Shown in pieces: positions 58,710 through 64,000 of a stretch of DNA of 64,000 nucleotides. Position numbers and translations under genes: made by a program. Positions within the stretch are counted from its first letter, which is position 1, and every line of letters begins with the position of its first letter. The stretch is from positions 9,408 through 73,407 of the forward strand of contig JAENYO010000007.1 in assembly GCA_016841745.1 (NCBI GenBank), written 5' to 3'. The notes under the pieces were generated by a model. The model saw only the letters and a list, made by a program, of their open reading frames with translations, was not told the DNA's origin and searched no databases. The DNA comes from Acetomicrobium hydrogeniformans (GTDB lineage: Bacteria > Synergistota > Synergistia > Synergistales > JAFGMB01).

Positions 58710-59341
58710 GAAAGAACCTCCTCAAAAGAATAGAATCCCCTTTTTCTCTGGCTTACGAATTCTGCAGCCTTAAGTGCTCCAAGGGCAAAAACCCTTCTGG
58801 AGAGAGCCCTGTGAGTGAATTCAATAACCTCACCCTCATTGGCAAAAAGAACAGAGTGATCTCCAGGGATCCCCCCAAGTCTGAGGGAAGAAATGCTGCA
58901 ATCTCTGCCTGTTGCATCTTTGAGGAGAATAGCTGTTCCTGAAGGCGCATCCTTCTTCATTATATGGTGACTCTCTGTCATTTCCATGTCCCAATTCTCC
59001 AGGTAAGTGGAATATTCCCGAAGGATCATCTTTAAAATATTGATCCCCATGGAAAAATTGAAGCTCTGAACCACTGAAACGGTTTTTCCCAGTTCCCTCA
59101 GCATCCCAAGTTGTTCTCCGGAAAGGGCAGTGGTGCCAATGACCAGTCCTGAATGGTTTTCGCGGCATAATTCAATTGTTCTCGGTGTGACAGCGCAGGA
59201 TGAAAAATCCACAATAACATCGGGTGAGCTGTCCAGCCACTCTTTTTCTTTGTCCAATGTCAGGCTGAGCATATGGTTTCTAAAAACAGACTGAATTTCA
59301 AGTCCCATCCTTCCCGATGAGCCTATGAGACCGTATTTCAC
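58691..59341 (-). CDS. dapB: 4-hydroxy-tetrahydrodipicolinate reductase
   Basis: [10 protein letters not shown] dinucleotide motif and [15 protein letters not shown] signature. I chose the start at GTG 59341, which overlaps the dapA stop as GTGA. Confidence 0.85.
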   Translation of the reverse strand: MKYGLIGSSGRMGLEIQSVFRNHMLSLTLDKEKEWLDSSPDVIVDFSSCAVTPRTIELCRENHSGLVIGTTALSGEQLGMLRELGKTVSVVQSFNFSMGINILKMILREYSTYLENWDMEMTESHHIMKKDAPSGTAILLKDATGRDCSISSLRLGGIPGDHSVLFANEGEVIEFTHRALSRRVFALGALKAAEFVSQRKRGFYSFEEVLSCELKK

Positions 59342-60222
59342 TTTGTAACACCACACTCGGTCATGGCCGCTTCGATCTTTTCCATGGCTGTTCCTGATGC
59401 AGGAACAAGGGGGAGTCTCAGTATATTTTCACAGAATCCAAGACGGCTCACTGCATATTTGACAGGGATAGGATTTGTTTCAACAAAAAGATCTCTCATG
59501 AGCGGGAAGAGATCCATATGCAGTTCTCTTCCTCTTGTAATATCACCTTCAAGGGTCGCGTTTATCATTGCGGAAGTTTCAGCGGGCATAACGTTTGAAA
59601 GGACTGATATTACTCCGTCACCTCCACTGCAGACCAGGTGGAATGCCTGATCGTCATTTCCTGAAAAAATCCGGAAATCAGGTCTGGTCTTTCTGATCTT
59701 CCGTATCAGGAGATCTACCTGGATCATGTCCCCGGAGGCTTCCTTTACTGCGACGATATTATCGATCTCGGAACATCTGACCACTGTATCCGGAAGTATA
59801 TTACTACCGGTTCTTCCTGGTACGTTATAAATGATGAGAGGGCCCTTTATGTTTTCTGCTACTGCTCTGTAATGCTGGAAAAGGCCTTCCTGGGTGGGCT
59901 TATTGTAATAGGGAGTGACTACCAGTACTCCATCTGCACCCAGGTCCAGTGCCTGTCCGGACATTTCGATAGTATGGTTTGTCGAATTAGATCCAGTTCC
60001 CACTATTATGGGAACTCTTTTTCTGGCTGTCTTTACTGCAAAGGAGATGATATCCGCTCTCTCTGAAGTGGTAATGGTGGGAGCTTCGCCTGTCGTACCA
60101 AGAACGATAAGTGCATTTACACCATTCCCGATCTGGAAATTAATGAATCTCTCCATGTTTTCAAAGTCAACTTCTGTCCCCTTAAAGGGAGTTACGATAG
60201 CAGTTCCTGTTCCTCTGAACAT
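59338..60222 (-). CDS. dapA: 4-hydroxy-tetrahydrodipicolinate synthase
   Basis: [21 protein letters not shown] and the active-site KEAS region. 294 aa. Confidence 0.9.
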   Translation of the reverse strand: MFRGTGTAIVTPFKGTEVDFENMERFINFQIGNGVNALIVLGTTGEAPTITTSERADIISFAVKTARKRVPIIVGTGSNSTNHTIEMSGQALDLGADGVLVVTPYYNKPTQEGLFQHYRAVAENIKGPLIIYNVPGRTGSNILPDTVVRCSEIDNIVAVKEASGDMIQVDLLIRKIRKTRPDFRIFSGNDDQAFHLVCSGGDGVISVLSNVMPAETSAMINATLEGDITRGRELHMDLFPLMRDLFVETNPIPVKYAVSRLGFCENILRLPLVPASGTAMEKIEAAMTECGVTK

Positions 60223-60276
60223 TGATTGTTCCTCCTTTTCTCGATTTAACCAATAATCTTTTGATGGAACATTTAT

Positions 60277-61251
60277 CTAAGCAGGGTTATTGAGACGAAG
60301 ATGTTCTTTGAGTATCCTGACTGCATTAGTAGCTGCACCTACTCTTATGTTATCAGCAATATTCCACATCAGGAACCTCCTGTTGTCAAATGTTCTTACC
60401 CTTGATACGTAGGTCAGATCTGTTCCCGCTACCTCCAGAGGAGTTATCATTTCTTCGGAAAGAACAACATCTTCACTATTTCTTAAGGCCTCATGTATTT
60501 CCTCAAGTTCAAAGGGGTCACGGGTTTCTACAAAGATCGATTCTGAATGTCCATATTCGACGGGAACCCTTATAGTAGTAGGCCATATTGAAATGTTACC
60601 GTCATCAAGTATCTTGCGTGTTTCATCTACCATTTTCATTTCTTCAGTACTGAAACCATCAGCCATGATATCTCCTATCTGCGGGACAAGGTTTCTATGG
60701 ATCTGCTTAATGAATGCAGACGATTCTATGTTGCCTTTTTCCTGAAATTCCAGTTCAATTATGCCCTTTCTTCCCGCTCCGGAAACTGCCTGATAGGTGC
60801 TTACGACAATTGTTCTTATACCGAATCTTTCATGGATCCTGTAAAGTGAAAGGACCATCTGTATGGTGGAGCAGTTTGGATTTGCAACAATCCCCCTGTA
60901 TCCCCTTAGCAGATTCCCGTTTATTTCAGGAACTACCAGGGGAACATCCTGATCCATTCTAAAAGCAGAGGAATTGTCGATCACTACAGACCCGGCTTTC
61001 GCTGCAATCGGTGCGAATCTCCTTGATGCTGATCCTCCGGCTGAAAACAGCACATAGTCAAACCCTTCCTTCAGGATTTCTTCCGTCAATTCCTTAACCC
61101 TGTAATTCTTGCCATTAAAGAGGATTTCCTTCCCTTCAGAACGGGCTGAGGCCAGAAAAGCTATTTGCGAAGGGAGGATCCCCATCTCCTGAAGAACCTG
61201 CGACATCATTCTACCCACTTCTCCCGTTGCACCTGCCACTGCTATTCTCAT
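60277..61251 (-). CDS. asd: aspartate-semialdehyde dehydrogenase
   Basis: MRIAVAGATGEVG, the NPNCSTI active site and the SGAG motif. 324 aa. Confidence 0.9.
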   Translation of the reverse strand: MRIAVAGATGEVGRMMSQVLQEMGILPSQIAFLASARSEGKEILFNGKNYRVKELTEEILKEGFDYVLFSAGGSASRRFAPIAAKAGSVVIDNSSAFRMDQDVPLVVPEINGNLLRGYRGIVANPNCSTIQMVLSLYRIHERFGIRTIVVSTYQAVSGAGRKGIIELEFQEKGNIESSAFIKQIHRNLVPQIGDIMADGFSTEEMKMVDETRKILDDGNISIWPTTIRVPVEYGHSESIFVETRDPFELEEIHEALRNSEDVVLSEEMITPLEVAGTDLTYVSRVRTFDNRRFLMWNIADNIRVGAATNAVRILKEHLRLNNPA

Positions 61252-61271
61252 AACTCATATCAGCTCCTTAT

Positions 61272-61552
61272 AAAAATAAAGACCCGTCCCTGTGAAGGGA
61301 CGAGTCTGGATAAACTCGCGGTACCACCCGACTTGAATTTCTGAAGAACCAGAAATTCCGCTTTGAGCCCTTTAACGGAGGCTGAACCGGGATCTTACTT
61401 CAGGAGTTTTGAATCCCTTTCAGAACCAGCTCCACAGGTTTTGGGCCTTCAGATAACATCGGGGACCCCTTTCAGCCGGTGAGTATCCCTCTCTGTCGAT
61501 GTTTACAACCTTTCAAGCGCCCTGCTTCTTCGCTTTTCCTATTATTATTACT
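61272..61552 (-). promoter_or_regulatory. T-box leader, promoter-distal copy (adjacent to asd), predicted Lys (AAA) specifier
   Basis: On the minus strand: CAGAGAGGG, CCGGCUGAAA, and specifier loop UCUGAAGGCCCAAAA with AAA at 61442-61440 plus a purine. Also GAAGUAAG, F-box CCGUUA and T-box GGGUGGUACCGCG (61329-61317). The terminator is AGACUCGUCCC/GGGACGGGUCU plus a U-run. Confidence 0.8.
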
Positions 61553-61819
61553 AAAAAAAGGCCCGTCCCTGTGAAGGGACGAGCCTGGATAAACTCGCGG
61601 TACCACCCGACTTGAATTTCTGAAAAACCAGAAATTCCGCTTTGAGCCCTTTAACGGAGGCTGAACCGGGATCTTACTCAGGGAGTTTGAAATCCCTTTC
61701 AGAACCAGCTCCACAGGTTTTAGGCCTTCAGATAACATCGGGGACCCCTTTCAGCCGGTGAGCATCCCTCTCTGTCGATGTTTACAACCTTTCAAGCGCC
61801 CTGCTTCTTCGCTTTTGGT
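61281..61819 (-). repeat. direct tandem duplication (2 x ~260 nt, 279-nt period) comprising the two T-box leaders
   Basis: Manual alignment of 61281-61539 with 61560-61818 shows about seven differences, including a compensatory pair in the terminator stem. Confidence 0.85.
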
Positions 61820-61855
61820 AGTGTTCAATAACTGACAAGATACAGAATTCAATTT
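61553..61855 (-). promoter_or_regulatory. T-box leader, promoter-proximal copy, predicted Lys (AAA) specifier
   Basis: Same element set, shifted by 279 nt. AAA is at 61721-61719 and the T-box at 61608-61596. The terminator AGGCUCGUCCC/GGGACGGGCCU is followed by UUUUUUU. Confidence 0.8.
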
Positions 61856-61861
61856 TCGGAA

Positions 61862-61890
61862 ATTATAAAAGAGTTAGACCTTTTTGTCAA
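61862..61890 (-). promoter_or_regulatory. sigma70-type promoter of the asd-dap-lysC operon
   Basis: On the minus strand: TTGACA (61890-61885), a 17-nt spacer, then TATAAT (61867-61862). Confidence 0.5.
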
Positions 61891-61936
61891 CCTGGTTACT
61901 ATATTTTTTTCAGAAATAGCTCTATCGTTCATATAT

Positions 61937-62485
61937 CTATACGTATTTCCTTATCATATCCAATCCTTTCCTGTACTTCGGCGGGATATTTTCTGAAGCC
62001 GGATATCCCAGGCTGAGCAGAAGATCTATCTTTATATTTCCTTTAAGTCCCAGCTGTTTTTTTACTGACCCTTCATTGAACCAGCCAAACCAGCATGTAC
62101 CCAAACCCATTTCTGTTGCCTGAAGAGAAATATGCTCACATGCGATTCCTATATCCAGAAGGCTGAACTGGACTCCTCTGAAAAGGCCTCCAAGTCTTGC
62201 TGTATATTTTGATGGTTCCGTTATAACTGTAATTATTACTGGTGCTGTTCTGGCAAAGGCGTTCATGGAAAAGGCTCCTGAAAATGCTGTTTCTGCTAGA
62301 GGTATGCTTTTTTCATATCCCATGGATATCATAAAGAACCACGGTTGAGAATTACAGGCAGAAGGTGCAAATTGTGCTGCTTCCATGCATTTTTCAACCA
62401 TTTCTTTGGGTACTTCCCTGTGGATGTATTTTCGGACGCTGTATCTATGTTTCACGAGATCCGTGAAATCCATTATTTTATCCAA
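61937..62485 (-). CDS. nitroreductase-family protein
   Basis: 182 aa. RYSVRKY near the N-terminus, APSACNSQPW, and C-terminal LGYP are typical of the NADH oxidase/flavin reductase nitroreductase fold. Confidence 0.8.
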   Translation of the reverse strand: MDKIMDFTDLVKHRYSVRKYIHREVPKEMVEKCMEAAQFAPSACNSQPWFFMISMGYEKSIPLAETAFSGAFSMNAFARTAPVIITVITEPSKYTARLGGLFRGVQFSLLDIGIACEHISLQATEMGLGTCWFGWFNEGSVKKQLGLKGNIKIDLLLSLGYPASENIPPKYRKGLDMIRKYV

Positions 62486-62491
62486 TCCTTA

Positions 62492-63193
62492 TCATGGCGC
62501 TTTGTAGATAAGGAGCAAACCAATGATAAGAAGGATTACTCCAAAAACGTAATTCATTACAAGGGTAAACCTGGATTTTTCATCAAGCTTCATGAATCCT
62601 GAAACAAAACCGACAGAAGTTCCGGCTGTAACGAGAACGGTACAGTTTCCAAGAGCATACATCAAAACCAGCAAGAAACCAAAATAGGGATTGACCGTAG
62701 CAGCTTTCATTGCTATCACCAGCATGGGAGCCAGGTATGCAAATGCACATGGACCAATGGCCATCCCGGAAAGAGCCCCAAGCAGAAGAGCCCCAAGAGG
62801 GCCTTTATGTTTGTATTCTTTCATCCCGGCCTGTTTGAACCATGGCATATCTATCACTTCGAGAAGGTGAAGACCGAAGAGGAAAAAGACAGTCGCGACA
62901 AAATAATTGGAGTATCTGCCAACCTCCGATAAAAGGCTTCCTGCAGAAGCTATAACTACACCTACAAGGGCTACATTCACAAAAATACCCAGGGAAAACC
63001 ACGAGGATATAACGAAAGCATTTTTCATGCCTCTGGTTTCCTGGGATTCTATGTATCCCACCACAATGGGTATTGTTACAAGACTGCAGGGGCTCAGCAG
63101 CATACCGAAAACCCCCCAGATATAGGATGCCAGGAGGGCTAAATAACCAGCCCCCTGTAATGTCGTATATACTTTACTGACGAGCTCTATCAT
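62492..63193 (-). CDS. ccdA: CcdA/DsbD-family thiol-disulfide electron transfer membrane protein
   Basis: 233 aa, ~6 TM segments. Two conserved Cys sit in TM helices (LSPCSLVTIP and IGPCAFAYLAP). The start overlaps the upstream stop as TAATG. Confidence 0.8.
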   Translation of the reverse strand: MIELVSKVYTTLQGAGYLALLASYIWGVFGMLLSPCSLVTIPIVVGYIESQETRGMKNAFVISSWFSLGIFVNVALVGVVIASAGSLLSEVGRYSNYFVATVFFLFGLHLLEVIDMPWFKQAGMKEYKHKGPLGALLLGALSGMAIGPCAFAYLAPMLVIAMKAATVNPYFGFLLVLMYALGNCTVLVTAGTSVGFVSGFMKLDEKSRFTLVMNYVFGVILLIIGLLLIYKAP

Positions 63194-63603
63194 TAAGGCT
63201 GTTTCCCTTCTTCTTTAAGTTCAAATCCCAGCTCCTTCCATTTTTTCAGAAGCATTTCTTCGGTCATTACACCTTCATGTCTGTAAAGTTCATTTTGTTC
63301 CGGATCCAGAAATATCAAAGTAGGTACAACTCTTATAGAGTATTTTTCTGCTTCTTCAGGTTGTTTCCAGAGGTCTATCATATTGATTTCCACACTTCCC
63401 ATGTATCTTTTCTGGAATTCTTCCAGAATCCCTTTCATTTCCCTGCAGGCAGGTCAGGTCGCAGTTGCCATATCAAGGAGGACAGGAAGTTTGCCATTTG
63501 CAACTACCTGTTGTTCCACCTCGTTGCTATTTTTGAGCATAAAAGTTGCTATTATTGCTATTCCAAGGATCGATAGAATTATGATCTTACGCATTTTTCC
63601 CAT
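63193..63603 (-). CDS. membrane-anchored thioredoxin-like protein with UxxC (selenocysteine) redox motif, in-frame UGA at 63456-63454
   Basis: ATG 63603 follows GGAGGAAGG. An N-terminal anchor (IIILSILGIAIIATF) is followed by ...LPVLLDMATAT-U-PAC-REMKGILEEF..., continuing in frame into track ORF 63193..63438 (VVPTLIF, typical cis-Pro Trx fold). Confidence 0.75.
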
Positions 63604-63925
63604 GTTCCTTCCTCCTTTTCTCTACGACGCAGAACCATTATATAATATACCGTTTAGGCATATATATCCAGATAACTGTTTACTATGCAAAATTATATCT
63701 TCTACGCGAATATCTAAATAGAGGATAATCGTTGACCTCTGTGCTTTACCGGGCAATAATTATTCTATGGTAATAGTCTAGTTTCACCAGTATCGTATCC
63801 TTGTTCCTACAGGATCGGAAAGGATAGTATGATAATACTATTGAGTAATTGGTCAGTTATTCGTTAATATTACATATTCTTTTAACGATTGATAAAATAT
63901 GGGGAATGTTTTCGGAGGTTTTTAT

Positions 63926-64000
63926 ATGATAGCGCAAAAAATAATTGAGTTATCGGAAAAATATTGTGATGAAATAATCAGGATTCGCAGAAAGATTCAC
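63926..64000 (+). CDS. 5' end of a probable M20-family amidohydrolase (partial, runs off window)
   Basis: ATG 63926 follows GGAGG. MIAQKIIELSEKYCDEIIRIRRKIH resembles the ...IxxRRxxH(xxPE) N-terminus of M20D amidohydrolases. Only 25 codons are visible. Confidence 0.35.
   Translation, partial: MIAQKIIELSEKYCDEIIRIRRKIH

Noticed and set aside
61472-61738. 88-aa minus-strand ORF upstream of asd
   Set aside because: It spans the junction of the two T-box leader copies, including a terminator hairpin. The region is fully explained as structured leader RNA, and no RBS is present.
61281-61819. Possible CRISPR or mobile-element repeat
   Set aside because: There are only two ~260-nt copies in direct tandem. 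There is no short repeat-spacer periodicity, no terminal inverted repeats and no transposase. The content is a duplicated T-box leader.
1-64000. tRNA, rRNA, CRISPR, IS or prophage content
   Set aside because: Scanning by eye found no tRNA-like T-arm/acceptor patterns, rRNA-like stretches, short regular repeats, or transposase, integrase or phage-like ORFs. A tRNAscan or Infernal run would be needed to be certain.

Overview
This 64-kb window is a chromosomal, metabolism-dominated region with dense genes, strong GGAGG-type ribosome-binding sites and many translationally coupled genes. The organism is moderately AT-rich. It is probably a diderm anaerobe, possibly Synergistota-like, based on a TamB/AsmA-like giant protein, selenocysteine use, many TRAP transporters and the acetylase-branch DAP pathway. 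That taxonomic guess is inference only.

Content in order:
1. A poly-gamma-glutamate (PGA) island: an M14-like hydrolase, two gamma-glutamyltranspeptidases with a decayed M14 copy between them, pgsB, pgsC, a PGA-system protein, an embedded histidine kinase and response regulator, and a LarA-like racemase.
2. An orphan amino-acid binding protein, an aminotransferase and pcm.
3. A lysine T-box leader followed by lysA and an NhaC/LysW-like transporter, then dapF.
4. A TamB-like protein.
5. A glycogen supercluster: glgC, glgA, glgP, malQ, glgB and a GH57 enzyme.
6. A selenocysteine-type msrA that the ORF track splits into two ORFs.
7. A PAS histidine kinase with a NarL-type regulator.
8. TRAP transporter 1, coupled to a VanX/DdpX-like dipeptidase and ddl.
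9. A GntR regulator with TRAP transporter 2 and an IlvD-family dehydratase.
10. A umuDC-like pair.
11. The operon asd-dapA-dapB-dapH-lysC-aminotransferase, preceded by two tandem, nearly identical lysine T-box leaders.
12. An operon encoding a UxxC selenocysteine thioredoxin-like protein, CcdA and a nitroreductase.

I saw no rRNA, tRNA, CRISPR array, IS element or prophage by eye.

The most notable signals are the tRNA-Lys T-box regulon that replaces the usual L-box, including the tandem duplicated leader. Next are two in-frame UGA (selenocysteine) genes, and the PGA locus with its own two-component system and LarA homolog. All family assignments come from motif recognition by eye, not from database searches.
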